A DNA stretch of 64,000 bases, taken from Betaproteobacteria bacterium (GTDB lineage: Bacteria; Pseudomonadota; Gammaproteobacteria; Burkholderiales; SG8-39). A program made the position numbers and the translations under genes. Positions 10,608 through 20,127 of this stretch are shown one piece after another. Each line of letters opens with the position of its first letter. Position 1 is the stretch's first letter. The stretch spans positions 15,954 through 79,953 of the forward strand of contig VBCA01000006.1 of the NCBI GenBank assembly GCA_005881575.1, in the 5' to 3' direction. The notes beneath the pieces were generated by a model. The model searched no databases. It saw nothing but the letters and a program-made list of their open reading frames with translations, and had not been told where the DNA came from.

Positions 10608-11224
10608 GATGTCCTCCTTGCGCGGCCCGTGATCATCGTGGGGAAAGTGCGCGGCACGAGAATCACCATCGCGACGTGCACCACTACGATCAGAACCAAC
10701 AGAGCCATCGCGAGAAAGTGCACGACGCGCGTGCTTTCATAGCCGCCGAAAATCGCCGTGATCTCCTGCAGCTGGACCGGCTTCCAGATCGCGAGGCCCG
10801 AGAGAACCAGCACGATCGCGCACAGGATGATCGCGAGGTAGGCTGCGCGCTGCGCGGCGTTGTACACGGAAAGATCCTCGTGTGCGAGCTGGCCGCGCAA
10901 CGCCCGCAGCATGTCGCGAAACACCGCGCCTGGCGTCAGCGGAAATAGCTTTCTGCGAAAGTGTCCGGAGACGATGCCGTAAGTCAGATATACGATGCCG
11001 TTGATCACGATCAGCCACATCGCGGCGAAGTGCCACTGCAGCGCGCCGGCGAGCCAGCCCCCGAGTGTGAGCTCGTTCGGGATCCTGAACGCGAAAAGGG
11101 GCGACGCGTTGTAGATGCGCCAGCCGCTCGCGACCATGATGAGGATGCCGAAGGCGTTGATCCAGTGGGTGACGCGCACGACCAGCGGATGGACCTTGAC
11201 CCATTGCGCTTGCGCAGCTTCCAT
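10604..11224 (-). CDS. Cytochrome b/b6-domain membrane subunit (partner of the Mo enzyme)
   Basis: ATG at 11224. RVTHWIN, LQWHFAAMW, YNAAQRAAY and RVVHF...VHV carry haem His ligands. 4-nt overlap with the next gene. Confidence 0.85.
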   Translation of the reverse strand: MEAAQAQWVKVHPLVVRVTHWINAFGILIMVASGWRIYNASPLFAFRIPNELTLGGWLAGALQWHFAAMWLIVINGIVYLTYGIVSGHFRRKLFPLTPGAVFRDMLRALRGQLAHEDLSVYNAAQRAAYLAIILCAIVLVLSGLAIWKPVQLQEITAIFGGYESTRVVHFLAMALLVLIVVVHVAMVILVPRTFPTMITGRARRTS

Positions 11225-11277
11225 CGCAGTCTCCTCTAGCGCCTGACCCGCCTTGGTCGGGGGGGATAGGTTACACC

Positions 11278-12423
11278 TTACAGCGCACTTCGCCTGTCGC
11301 CTTCGCCGAAGCCGAGCAAAGGCCGGGAGAACCCGCGAGCGAATGCGATCACCTTGAAGAGCTCGCCCATCTCCGCCGGGCTCATCAATCGGTCCGCCTG
11401 GTTGGCGAGGGGAAGGAACTTCGCGCCGTCCTCCGCCGGCGTGCGCGACATCACCTCGGTAATGCCGCAATTGACGAGGAACTGCGCCTGGCTGGCGTAG
11501 CCGGCGACTTCGAGCCCGCCCTCGTGCGCGGCGCCGGCAATAGCGCTGAAATCGACGTGGCTGGTGATGTCCTGCAAGCCCGGAAGGAAAAAGGGATCGG
11601 CGTGCGCGTGGTGGCGGTAATGGCACATGAGCGTCCCGTCCTTGCGCTGCGGATGGTAGTACTCCTTCTGCGGAAAACCGTAATCGACGAAAAACGCCAC
11701 GCCTTTCTCTAGCACGCCCGAGAGCGAACGTATGAAGCCCTGCGCGGCGAGTTGGATCTCGGTGCGATAGCCCTCGGGGAGCTTGAGCGTGCGCGCGGCA
11801 GCTAGCGGCCCGCCGGAAGCGAGCCGCCACGACCAGCCGAGACGATCGTTCCGCACGCCGACACCGCCTTCCTCCAGCTTTTCGCCCTGAACGCGCACCA
11901 CGTGGGCGGGCATCGCATCGAGCACTTCATTGCCGAGCACGACACCGGAAAACACGGGAGGCAGGCGATTGAGCCAGGCCACACGCTCGAGCAAGTGCGG
12001 CACTGTCGCGGCGAGCGTATCCCGGCTTCGCTCGCGAAGATCGGCCGAGAGCTCGAGGATGAGATAGTTGCGCGGCACGTTTCCCGCGCGCTCGAGCTCC
12101 TCGAGCAGCGTCGCGGCGAGCGCGCCGCTCCCTGCGCCCACCTCGAGCACGTCCTCGAACCCCGCCTCGAGCGCCTGTTTCACCTGGCGCGCGAGCGTCA
12201 GCCCGTAGAGCGGCGAAATCTCGGGGGCCGTCACGAAATCCCCCGCTTTGCCGAGTTTTCTCGCGCCCGCGCTGTAGTAGCCGAGTCCCGGCGCGTAGAG
12301 CGCGAGCTCCATGTAGCGCGCGAAACTGATCCAGCCGCCGCTCGCCGCGATTTCGCCGCGAATGTGCTCGGCAACGCGATTGCTGTGCGCGCGCGCTTCG
12401 GGCGTAGGCTCGGGAAGTGCCAT
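11278..12423 (-). CDS. SAM-dependent methyltransferase, MidA/NDUFAF7 family
   Basis: [55 protein letters not shown]. Confidence 0.9.
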   Translation of the reverse strand: MALPEPTPEARAHSNRVAEHIRGEIAASGGWISFARYMELALYAPGLGYYSAGARKLGKAGDFVTAPEISPLYGLTLARQVKQALEAGFEDVLEVGAGSGALAATLLEELERAGNVPRNYLILELSADLRERSRDTLAATVPHLLERVAWLNRLPPVFSGVVLGNEVLDAMPAHVVRVQGEKLEEGGVGVRNDRLGWSWRLASGGPLAAARTLKLPEGYRTEIQLAAQGFIRSLSGVLEKGVAFFVDYGFPQKEYYHPQRKDGTLMCHYRHHAHADPFFLPGLQDITSHVDFSAIAGAAHEGGLEVAGYASQAQFLVNCGITEVMSRTPAEDGAKFLPLANQADRLMSPAEMGELFKVIAFARGFSRPLLGFGEGDRRSAL

Positions 12424-12464
12424 CTCGCGGGAATGGAAAGAGTATTCCGGTATCATTCTAGGCC

Positions 12465-13214
12465 ATGAGCGAACCCCTTTCAGGGAAAGTTGTGCTCGTC
12501 ACCGGCGGCGCGAAGCGCGTCGGAGCAGCGATCGCCCGCCGCCTGCATCGCGAGGGCGCGAACCTGATGCTGCATTACCGGGGATCGGAGCGCGAGGCGA
12601 GGGCGCTGCGCGCCGAGTTGAACGCCGCGCGCGCCGATTCCGTGGCGCTGATTCAGGCCGACTTGCTCGATCTCACGGGTTTGCCGGAAATCGTGAGGAA
12701 CACGGTCGGTCGCTTCGAGAGGCTCGACGCGCTGATCAACAACGCTTCGACCTTCTTTCCGACCCCGGTGGGCGAGATGACCCAGGCGACGTGGGACAGC
12801 CTCATCGGCGCGAATCTCCGGGCGCCGCTTTTTCTCTCGCAAGCCGCGGCGCCGCACCTCAAGAAGACCGGCGGGGCGATCGTCAACATCACCGACATCC
12901 ACGTCGACCGGCCGCTCAAGAATTACGTGATCTACTCGATCGCCAAGGCGGGCCTCGCGGGTCTCACGCGCTCGCTCGCGCGCGAGCTCGCGCCCGACGT
13001 GCGCGTGAACGGCGTGGCGCCCGGCGCCATCATCTGGCCCGAGGACGGGTCCTGGGACGACCTGACGCGCCAGCGCATCGTCTCGCACACCTTGCTCCGG
13101 CGTACCGGAGACCCGGACGACGTCGCCCGCGCCGTTTATTATCTGATTGCGGAAGCGCCCTACGTTACGGGGCAAATCATCGCCGTGGATGGAGGCAGGA
13201 GCATCAACATATGA
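12465..13214 (+). CDS. folM: Pteridine reductase (SDR)
   Basis: [43 protein letters not shown]. Confidence 0.85.
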   Translation: MSEPLSGKVVLVTGGAKRVGAAIARRLHREGANLMLHYRGSEREARALRAELNAARADSVALIQADLLDLTGLPEIVRNTVGRFERLDALINNASTFFPTPVGEMTQATWDSLIGANLRAPLFLSQAAAPHLKKTGGAIVNITDIHVDRPLKNYVIYSIAKAGLAGLTRSLARELAPDVRVNGVAPGAIIWPEDGSWDDLTRQRIVSHTLLRRTGDPDDVARAVYYLIAEAPYVTGQIIAVDGGRSINI

Positions 13215-14059
13215 ACGCGCCCGAAAAAATCCACTTCACCCGCAAGCAGCGCTTCGAGGCGGGAAAGCTCGAAAAACGCCTGTGCCGGCTCGCCGGCGAG
13301 GCGATCGGCGACTACGGCATGATCCAGGCGGGCGACCGCGTCATGGTGTGCCTCTCGGGCGGCAAGGACAGCTACGGGCTGCTCGACGTGCTCTTGAAGC
13401 TGCGCGGGCGCTCGCCGGTTTCCTTCGACCTCATCGCCGTCAACCTGGACCAGCGCCACCCCGGGTACCCCGAGCGGGTGCTGCCCGACTACCTCGACTC
13501 GCTCGGCGTTCCCTACCGCATCGAGGTGCAGGATACCTATTCCGTGGTGAAGCGCGTCGTCCCCGACGGCGAGACGATGTGCGGGCTGTGCTCGCGGCTG
13601 CGCCGCGGCGTCCTCTATCGGGTCGCGCGCGAGGTAGGCGCGACCAAGATCGCGCTCGGCCACCACCGCGACGACATCCTGGAGACGTTTTTCCTCAACC
13701 TCTTCTTCGGCGGCAAGATGAAGGCCATGGCGCCGAAGCTGCAGTCCGACGACGGCGAACACGTCGTCATCCGGCCGCTCGCCTACGTCGCCGAGACGGA
13801 CCTCGAAGCCTACGCCAGGGTGCGGGGATTCCCGATCATTCCGTGCGATCTCTGCGGCTCGCAGCCGACGCTGCAGCGGAAGCAGGTCAAGGAGATGCTG
13901 CGCGAGTGGGAAAAGCGCCATCCCGGCCGGGTGGAATCCATGTTTCGAGCGCTTTCGGATCTCGTGCCCTCGCACCTCATGGACCGGAAGCTCTTCGACT
14001 TCGCCGCGGTGCGCGCGACCGGAAAAACGTCTGGCGACGGCGACAAGGCGTTCGACTAG
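13211..14059 (+). CDS. ttcA: tRNA 2-thiocytidine(32) synthetase
   Basis: ATGA overlap with folM. PP-loop [29 protein letters not shown]. Confidence 0.95.
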   Translation: MNAPEKIHFTRKQRFEAGKLEKRLCRLAGEAIGDYGMIQAGDRVMVCLSGGKDSYGLLDVLLKLRGRSPVSFDLIAVNLDQRHPGYPERVLPDYLDSLGVPYRIEVQDTYSVVKRVVPDGETMCGLCSRLRRGVLYRVAREVGATKIALGHHRDDILETFFLNLFFGGKMKAMAPKLQSDDGEHVVIRPLAYVAETDLEAYARVRGFPIIPCDLCGSQPTLQRKQVKEMLREWEKRHPGRVESMFRALSDLVPSHLMDRKLFDFAAVRATGKTSGDGDKAFD

Positions 14060-14180
14060 AACGCCGGACGTGGAATATTACCGAACGTCGCCTCCCGGCG
14101 GCGCCAACCCTCCCCTTTCGGCCCCGTTGAACGAAATGAAACCGTCACGCTCTATCTGTAAAACGGGCAATGAAACATCA

Positions 14181-14969
14181 ATGAGGCGTCACGTGGGCAT
14201 CGTCAGCTTTATCCTCGTCGTAGGCGCAGTTGCGCTTGCCGCCGCGATGGCGGGCCGAGTCACCGCGCAGGACTGGCGCAGTGCGAGCCAGGAGCGGGTA
14301 GGACTCGCGCCCGACCCTGTGACCACCCGCGATGCGATCATCCAGGTCTACGCAGCCCGCGTCGTCGGATGGCGGGGCGTTTTCGGCGTGCACACCTGGA
14401 TCGCCGTGAAACCGGCTGCCGCAGCGGAATACACCGTGTACGAGATCATCGGCTGGCGGCTGCGCTCGCAGGACACCGCGCTCGTGGTGCGGCATCGCGC
14501 ACCCGACATGCGCTGGTTCGGATCGGCGCCCGAGCTCGTCGCCGAAAAACGCGGTGCGGACGTCGAAGAGCTCATCGCGCGCATCGACAGGGCCGCGCGC
14601 TCCTATCCCTGGGCCGGCGAATACACCATGTGGCCCGGTCCGAACTCCAACACTTTCACCGCCTGGGTACTGCGCGCGGTGCCCGAGCTGGAAGCCGATT
14701 TGCCGCCGACCGCGATCGGCAAAGACTATTCCGGGAGGAAACTCGTGGGGCGCGCCCCGAGCGGACGCGGCTTCCAGTTTTCGCTGTTCGGGCTCGCCGC
14801 CTTCACCGCAAGCGCGGTCGAGGGCTTCGAAGTGAACTTGCTGGGACTCAGCTTCGGGATCAATCCTTTCGATCCCTCGCTCAAGCTGCCTCTGGTAGGC
14901 CGCGTCGGCCCGGCGCGCGCGTTCGCGTCACCGGCCAACGAGGGCGCTGCGCACAAGCACGCTCTTTAG
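14181..14969 (+). CDS. DUF3750 family exported protein
   Basis: N-terminal TM/signal. WRSAS, GWRGVFGVHTWIAVK, YPWAGEYTMWPGPNSNTF, LPPTAIGKDY. Confidence 0.78.
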   Translation: MRRHVGIVSFILVVGAVALAAAMAGRVTAQDWRSASQERVGLAPDPVTTRDAIIQVYAARVVGWRGVFGVHTWIAVKPAAAAEYTVYEIIGWRLRSQDTALVVRHRAPDMRWFGSAPELVAEKRGADVEELIARIDRAARSYPWAGEYTMWPGPNSNTFTAWVLRAVPELEADLPPTAIGKDYSGRKLVGRAPSGRGFQFSLFGLAAFTASAVEGFEVNLLGLSFGINPFDPSLKLPLVGRVGPARAFASPANEGAAHKHAL

Positions 14970-15024
14970 CCCGTTCCCCCTTTTTCGGTAACCTGCGTCA
15001 CCGGCGCCCATTAGAATTGAGGGC

Positions 15025-15729
15025 GTGAAGCCCGATTCGCCCTCCCCCGGGGAAGTGCTGCTCGTGGGCAGCGTCGGTCTGAAAGACAGCGAGGAGGTGT
15101 TTCGCACGGTGGGGCCGCTCCTCGGTGCTCGCATGAAGCGCATCCCCGACGGCGAGACCGGACCGCGGACATCGTGGGTGTCACGCCTGCGCTTCGTGCT
15201 GGAAGGCAATCCCGCGTTCGAAGATGACCCGCAAGAGGTCGCGGCGGGCGGGCGCATCACCCATCCCACCGAGGGCACGCGCACCTGGAAGGGCTCTGGC
15301 GTCATTGCGCGCGGCGCGCCACCGCCGCCGCGCCTGCGTCTCAAACCCGGCGTACGGCCGGAGCTCGGGTTCATCGGCTACCCGGCCGGCTGGCGCCATC
15401 AAGAGCGGAAAGCTGCGCGTGCTCGCCTTCAGCATGGCGCGCCGCTCAAAGCTCACACCCGAGATACCGACGGTCGCGGAGACGGTGGCGCCCGACTTCG
15501 ACATGGCCGCTCCCCTGGGCGTGTTCGTCGCCTCGCGCCGCGCGAGACCGTCGCGCGGCTTAGCCATGCCGTGAGCGCCGCGGTGAAGTCGCCGGAGGTG
15601 GTCGAGCGCATGGCCGGGATCGGCATGGAGCCCGCCGGTACGACGCCCGAGCAATACGAGCAGCTCCTTCGCGAGGAGTACGAGCGCTTCGGGAGTCTCA
15701 TCCGCAGGATCGGCATGCGGCTCGATTAG
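15025..15729 (+). pseudogene. Chimeric remnant: 5' part of a cobalamin-independent methionine-synthase-like gene joined to a frameshifted 3' part of a Bug/TctC solute-binding protein gene
   Basis: 5' frame reads VLLVGSVGL..EEVF..LG..KRIPDGETGPRTSW. A second frame from ~15390 reads AIKSGKLRVLAF..RRSKLTPEIPTVAE. The original frame resumes after ~15535 with PRETVARLSHAV..EQYEQLLREEYERFGSLIRRIGMRLD (Bug C-terminus). Confidence 0.7.
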
Positions 15730-15763
15730 CCGTGCCGTAGTCCGAGCGGAGTCTCCTTTCGTT

Positions 15764-15782
15764 TGTCAAATTCATTTTGACA
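15764..15782 (+). promoter_or_regulatory. Inverted repeat TGTCAAA-N5-TTTGACA (putative operator containing TTGACA)
   Basis: Perfect 7-bp arms in an AT-rich patch 27 nt upstream of the HTH-aminotransferase ATG. Confidence 0.55.
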
Positions 15783-15809
15783 TGTTAGTCTTTTTGCGGG
15801 ACCCCGACC

Positions 15810-17321
15810 ATGACCTGCGCGACCCGCCTCGTAGAAATCTTCGGCAGCCAAGCGGAAGTCGCGCGGGCCTTCGGGCTCGATCGTGCAGTCGTCAACAACT
15901 GGGTCAAGTCCGGCTATGTGCCGGCGCGCTGGGCGACCGAGGTCGAGCGCGTCACCCAAGGCGGCATCCAGGCCGTCGAGGTGCTCGACGAGGCTTCCGT
16001 CAAGAAGCCGGTGAAAGTCAAATCGCGTCCCGACGACGTTCTCTTCGGGTCGCCCCTTTCGGGAAAGGAAGCCATGGACCATTTCGCACCCGCCAAACGC
16101 ATCAGCTCGTTCCATCCGCCGCAGCGGACGCTCATGGGTCCCGGCCCGACCGAGATTCACCCGCGCGTCCTCACTACCATGAGCCAGCCGGCGATCGGAT
16201 ACCTCGACCCGGTCTTCCTCGAGATGATGGAAGACCTCAAAGGATTGTTGCGCTACGTCTACCAGACGAAGCACCCGCTCACCTTCCCGATCTCGGGGCC
16301 CGGCTCGGTCGGTATGGAGTACTGCTTCGTCAACCTCGTCAAGCCCGGGGACAAGGTGATCGTGTGCAGAAACGGCGTGTTCGGCGGGCGCATGATCGAG
16401 AACGTGGAGCGCGCGGGGGGCAAGGCCGTCGTCGTCGAGGACGAGTGGGGCGCGCCGGTCGACCCGCAGAAACTCGAGGATGCGCTGAAGAAAAACCGCG
16501 AGGCGCGCTTGGTCGCCTTCGTGCACGGCGAGACCTCGACGGGGGTGCGGTCCGACGCGAAGACGCTCGTGAAAATCGCGCACGAGCACGATGCGCTCGC
16601 CATCGTCGACGCGGTGACCACGCTGGGCGGATCGCCCGTGCGCACGGACGAGTGGGAGATCGACGCGATCTACTCCGCGAGCCAGAAGTGCCTGTCGTGC
16701 ACGCCGGGGCTGTCGCCCGTTTCCTTCTCCGAGGGCGTGGTCGACTACGTAAGATCGCGCAAAGACAAGATCCACTCGTGGTTCATGGACATGAACCTCC
16801 TGCTCGGCTACTGGGGCGCCGGCATCCGCACCTATCACCATACCGCGCCGACCAATTCGCTTTTCGGCTTGCACGAGGCGCTGCTCCTGCTGCGCGAGGA
16901 AGGCATGGAGAACGCCTGGGCGCGGCACCAGCGCCATCACAACGCGCTCAAGGCAGGGCTCGAAGCGATGGGACTCGAGTTCCTGGTGAAGGAGCAGTAC
17001 CAGCTGCCGCAAATGAACGCGGTACGCTGTCCGGAGGGCGTGAACGAGGCCGAAGTGAGGAAGACGCTGCTGAACGAGTTCAGCATCGAGATCGGCGCGG
17101 GACTCGGTCCGCTCGCCGGCAAGATCTGGCGAATCGGAATCATGGGCTACTCCTGCCGCCCGGACAACGTGATGCTGTGCCTGTCGGCGCTCGGCTCGGT
17201 GCTCTCCGACATGGGGATGCCGGTGCACGTCGGAGACGCGGAGGCCGCGGCGCACGGAGCCTACGCCTCGATGCACGCCAAGGCAGCGCAGCAGAAGCAG
17301 AAGAGCCGCGCCGCCGCTTGA
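15810..17321 (+). CDS. Alanine-glyoxylate/serine-pyruvate aminotransferase (class V PLP) with N-terminal Cro/YdaS-like HTH
   Basis: N-terminus FGSQAEVARAFGLDRAVVNNWVKSGYVP..IERVT-like HTH. Enzyme motifs LMGPGP, VHGETSTG, VDAVTTLGG, SASQKCLS (PLP Lys), YHHTAP, WRIGIMG. Confidence 0.88.
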   Translation: MTCATRLVEIFGSQAEVARAFGLDRAVVNNWVKSGYVPARWATEVERVTQGGIQAVEVLDEASVKKPVKVKSRPDDVLFGSPLSGKEAMDHFAPAKRISSFHPPQRTLMGPGPTEIHPRVLTTMSQPAIGYLDPVFLEMMEDLKGLLRYVYQTKHPLTFPISGPGSVGMEYCFVNLVKPGDKVIVCRNGVFGGRMIENVERAGGKAVVVEDEWGAPVDPQKLEDALKKNREARLVAFVHGETSTGVRSDAKTLVKIAHEHDALAIVDAVTTLGGSPVRTDEWEIDAIYSASQKCLSCTPGLSPVSFSEGVVDYVRSRKDKIHSWFMDMNLLLGYWGAGIRTYHHTAPTNSLFGLHEALLLLREEGMENAWARHQRHHNALKAGLEAMGLEFLVKEQYQLPQMNAVRCPEGVNEAEVRKTLLNEFSIEIGAGLGPLAGKIWRIGIMGYSCRPDNVMLCLSALGSVLSDMGMPVHVGDAEAAAHGAYASMHAKAAQQKQKSRAAA

Positions 17322-17343
17322 GCCGACACGAAGGAGGGGAGCG

Positions 17344-17826
17344 ATGCGATACGGCTGCGCTTTCTGGGGGGCGGTAGCGTTGGTTCTCGCACCCATGAGT
17401 GCGCAGGCGCAGGGGGCCGGCTCGGGACAAATCGAGCGCGGCCGCTACATGGTTCTCACCGGCCACTGCAACAACTGTCATACCGCCGGCTACGCGCCCA
17501 GGGAGGGCGACGTTCCGGAAAAGGACTGGCTCCTCGGGAGCGGGCCGCTCGGATGGCGCGGTCCCTGGGGGACGACGTACGCCTCCAATCTTCGGCTGAC
17601 CGTGCCGGCGATGACCGAAGATACTTGGGTCGTGTATATCAAGACGTTCAAGCCGCGCCCCCCCATGCCGTGGTGGAGCATGAAGGAGACGACGGAGCCC
17701 GACCTTCGCGCCATGTACCGGTACATCAAGAGCCTGGGCCCGGCGGGCCAGCACGCTCAAGCCTACCTGCCGCCGGACCGGGAACCCAAGCAGCCGTACA
17801 ACCAGGCCCCGCTGCCTCCGAAATAG
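17344..17826 (+). CDS. Periplasmic monohaem cytochrome c
   Basis: Signal peptide. ERGRY..CNNCHT, GPWGTTYASNL, PPMPW, DLRAMYRYIKSL. Confidence 0.85.
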   Translation: MRYGCAFWGAVALVLAPMSAQAQGAGSGQIERGRYMVLTGHCNNCHTAGYAPREGDVPEKDWLLGSGPLGWRGPWGTTYASNLRLTVPAMTEDTWVVYIKTFKPRPPMPWWSMKETTEPDLRAMYRYIKSLGPAGQHAQAYLPPDREPKQPYNQAPLPPK

Positions 17827-17827
17827 A

Positions 17828-17848
17828 CCGCGGCCCGAACGGCCGCGG
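17828..17848 (+). terminator. GC hairpin after the cytochrome c gene (no U-tract)
   Basis: CCGCGGCC-cgaac-GGCCGCGG, 8-bp stem. Confidence 0.35.
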
Positions 17849-17854
17849 CCGTGC

Positions 17855-17901
17855 TTGACATCGCGTTGAGCAATCGCTCATAATTCGTGAGCGCTCGCTC
17901 A
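17855..17901 (+). promoter_or_regulatory. Sigma70-type promoter overlapped by two TetR-type operators
   Basis: TTGACA (17855-60), 18 bp, CATAAT (17879-84). TGAGC-N4-GCTCA at 17867-17880 and 17888-17901. Confidence 0.7.
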
Positions 17902-17931
17902 ATTCGAACTCCAACTCCCGCCCTATCCCGC

Positions 17932-18603
17932 ATGGCAAGGCCTGCTGCAGCCCGCGTTAGCTCCCGTTCCCCGGCGATCGACCAGAGGGAAAAGCTCATC
18001 GGCGCGACCGAGCGGCTGCTGTGCTCGCAGGGGCTCGGTTGCGTGACCACGCGCGACATCGCACGCGCGGCGAAAGTCGCCGAAGGCGCGCTCTACCATC
18101 ATTTCCAGGACAAGGCCGAGCTGATGCTCTCGGTGGTGCTGCACCAGCTCGGCGATTTTCCCGAGGTGCTGCAGAGCCTCCCCATGCAGATCGGGCAGAA
18201 CACGGTGCAGAAGAATCTCGAGCGCGTACTGGAGAGCGCGTTCGCCTTTCATTTCCGGATCGTGCCGCTCGTATGCTCGCTCTTCGCCGACCAGGAGCTG
18301 CTTGCCCGTGTGCGCAAGATGATGAATGAGCGCTCCATGGGGCCGGCGCGCTCGACTTCGGTGATCTCGGCCTATCTGCGGGCCGAGCAGCAGCTGGGGC
18401 GGGTGGCGCCCGCCGCCGTGCCCGAGACGGTCGCCAACCTGATGCTCGCCGCGAGTTTCAACACCGCGCTGGGCGACCATTTCTTCCACGGAGGTTCCGG
18501 GGGCGAAGCCAAGGCACATCGCCGTTTGCGGGAGGCGGTTCGCGCCCTGGTCATCGGCCTCAGCCCAAAGAACGAGACAAAGCGCTCAAGGGAAAAGAGA
18601 TGA
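17932..18603 (+). CDS. TetR/AcrR family transcriptional regulator
   Basis: TTRDIARAAKVAEGALYHHFQDK HTH. Start is ATG 17932 or GTG 17887. Confidence 0.9.
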   Translation: MARPAAARVSSRSPAIDQREKLIGATERLLCSQGLGCVTTRDIARAAKVAEGALYHHFQDKAELMLSVVLHQLGDFPEVLQSLPMQIGQNTVQKNLERVLESAFAFHFRIVPLVCSLFADQELLARVRKMMNERSMGPARSTSVISAYLRAEQQLGRVAPAAVPETVANLMLAASFNTALGDHFFHGGSGGEAKAHRRLREAVRALVIGLSPKNETKRSREKR

Positions 18604-20096
18604 ACTCATTCATTTCTCTCTGCAGATGGATGACGCTCGCCGCTGGCGCCCTTTTGTCGGGTTGCGCGGTGGGCCCTGACTACCGTGCGCCCAATGTTCC
18701 CGCAGTCGGCCTCTACACCGAAAGGCCGCAGCCCGAGCGGACCGCAGCAGCCCCGGTGCGCGGCGGAGAGGTGCAGCGCTTCGAGGTGGGGGCGAAGATC
18801 TCGGCCGAGTGGTGGACGCTCTTCGGTTCGCCCGAGCTCGACGGGCTGATGCGCACTGCGCTCAGCGGCCATCCGACGCTCGCAGCGGCGCAGGCTGCGC
18901 TTCGCCAGGCCGAGGAGAACTTGAACGCCCAGTACGCGGTGCTCTACCCGAGCGTCGACGCCGGCTTGTCGGCGAGGCGTCAGCGCATTTCCGGCGCGTC
19001 TGTGGGCAATCCGGCGATCCCCGGCAGCGTCTTCAATCTGTACAACGCTTCGGTCAACGTGTCCTATGCCATCGACTTGGCCGGTGGCGCGCGGCGCGAG
19101 CTCGAGGCGCTGCAGGCGGGCATAGAGTTCCAGCGCTTTCAGCTCGAGGCCACCTACCTTTCGCTGACGGGGAACATCGCGACCACCGCGTTCCGGGAGG
19201 CGTCGCTGCGCGAGCAGCTCCGCGCGACGCGCGATATCGTCGATTCGCAGGAGCGCCAGCTGCAGCTGGTCGAGAAGCAATTTGCGCTCGGAGCCCTCTC
19301 GCGTGCGGACGTGCTCGCGCAGCGCGCGCAGCTTGCGCAGACACGCGCGAACCTGCCGCCGCTCGAAAAGGCCCTCGCGCAGACGCGCAATCAGCTTGCG
19401 GTCCTGATCGGCAAGTTTCCCGACGAGGCGCGGCTGCCCGAGCTCGATCTTGCGGTGTTCCAGCTGCCGCAGAACCTCCCGGTCAGCCTGCCCTCGGACC
19501 TCGTGCGCCAGCGGCCGGACATCCGCTCGGCGGAAACCGTTCTGCATCAGACGAACGCGCGCATCGGCGTCGCGCAGGCGCTCATGTTCCCGCAACTGAC
19601 CTTGAGCGGAAGCTACGGCACGGCGTCGACCAGCTCTTCCAGTTTGTTCGACCGGAGCAACCTGATCTGGAACATCGGCGCGAACCTGCTCCAGCCGATT
19701 TTTCACGCAGGGCAGCTCCAGGCGCGGAAACGCGGCGCACAGGCCGCCTACGACCAGGCCTTCGCGGAGTATCAGCAGACGGTCCTCGGCGCGTTCCAGA
19801 ACGTCGCCGACGTGCTGTTTGCCCTGGAGTTCGACGCGGTCGCGCTCAAGGCGCAGGCCGATGCCGAGGCCGCCGCGCGCGAAAGCCTCGAGATGACGAT
19901 CAAACAACTGCAGTTCGGCTCGGCGAGCTATCTCGTGCTTTTCAACGCGCAGCGCCAGTACGAGCAGGCGAAGATCGGGCTCGTTCAGGCGCAGGCAGCG
20001 CGCTACGCGGACACGGCGGCGCTGTTTCAGGCATTGGGCGGCGGCTGGTGGAATCGCGAGCAGGCGAGCGCAGCGGCGGCGAAGCGCGCTGACTGA
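18600..20096 (+). CDS. RND efflux outer membrane lipoprotein (NodT/OprM family)
   Basis: Lipobox LSGCAVGPDY, WWTLFGSPELD, LPSDLVRQRPDI, LFQALGGGWW. Confidence 0.93.
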   Translation: MNSFISLCRWMTLAAGALLSGCAVGPDYRAPNVPAVGLYTERPQPERTAAAPVRGGEVQRFEVGAKISAEWWTLFGSPELDGLMRTALSGHPTLAAAQAALRQAEENLNAQYAVLYPSVDAGLSARRQRISGASVGNPAIPGSVFNLYNASVNVSYAIDLAGGARRELEALQAGIEFQRFQLEATYLSLTGNIATTAFREASLREQLRATRDIVDSQERQLQLVEKQFALGALSRADVLAQRAQLAQTRANLPPLEKALAQTRNQLAVLIGKFPDEARLPELDLAVFQLPQNLPVSLPSDLVRQRPDIRSAETVLHQTNARIGVAQALMFPQLTLSGSYGTASTSSSSLFDRSNLIWNIGANLLQPIFHAGQLQARKRGAQAAYDQAFAEYQQTVLGAFQNVADVLFALEFDAVALKAQADAEAAARESLEMTIKQLQFGSASYLVLFNAQRQYEQAKIGLVQAQAARYADTAALFQALGGGWWNREQASAAAAKRAD

Positions 20097-20127
20097 GCCT
20101 GCGGGAAGAATTCAAGGAGTCGCATTT

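Noticed and set aside
15810-16010. Prophage remnant suggested by the Cro-like HTH
   Set aside because: No phage genes, divergent CI or integrase nearby; the domain is fused in frame to a metabolic enzyme.
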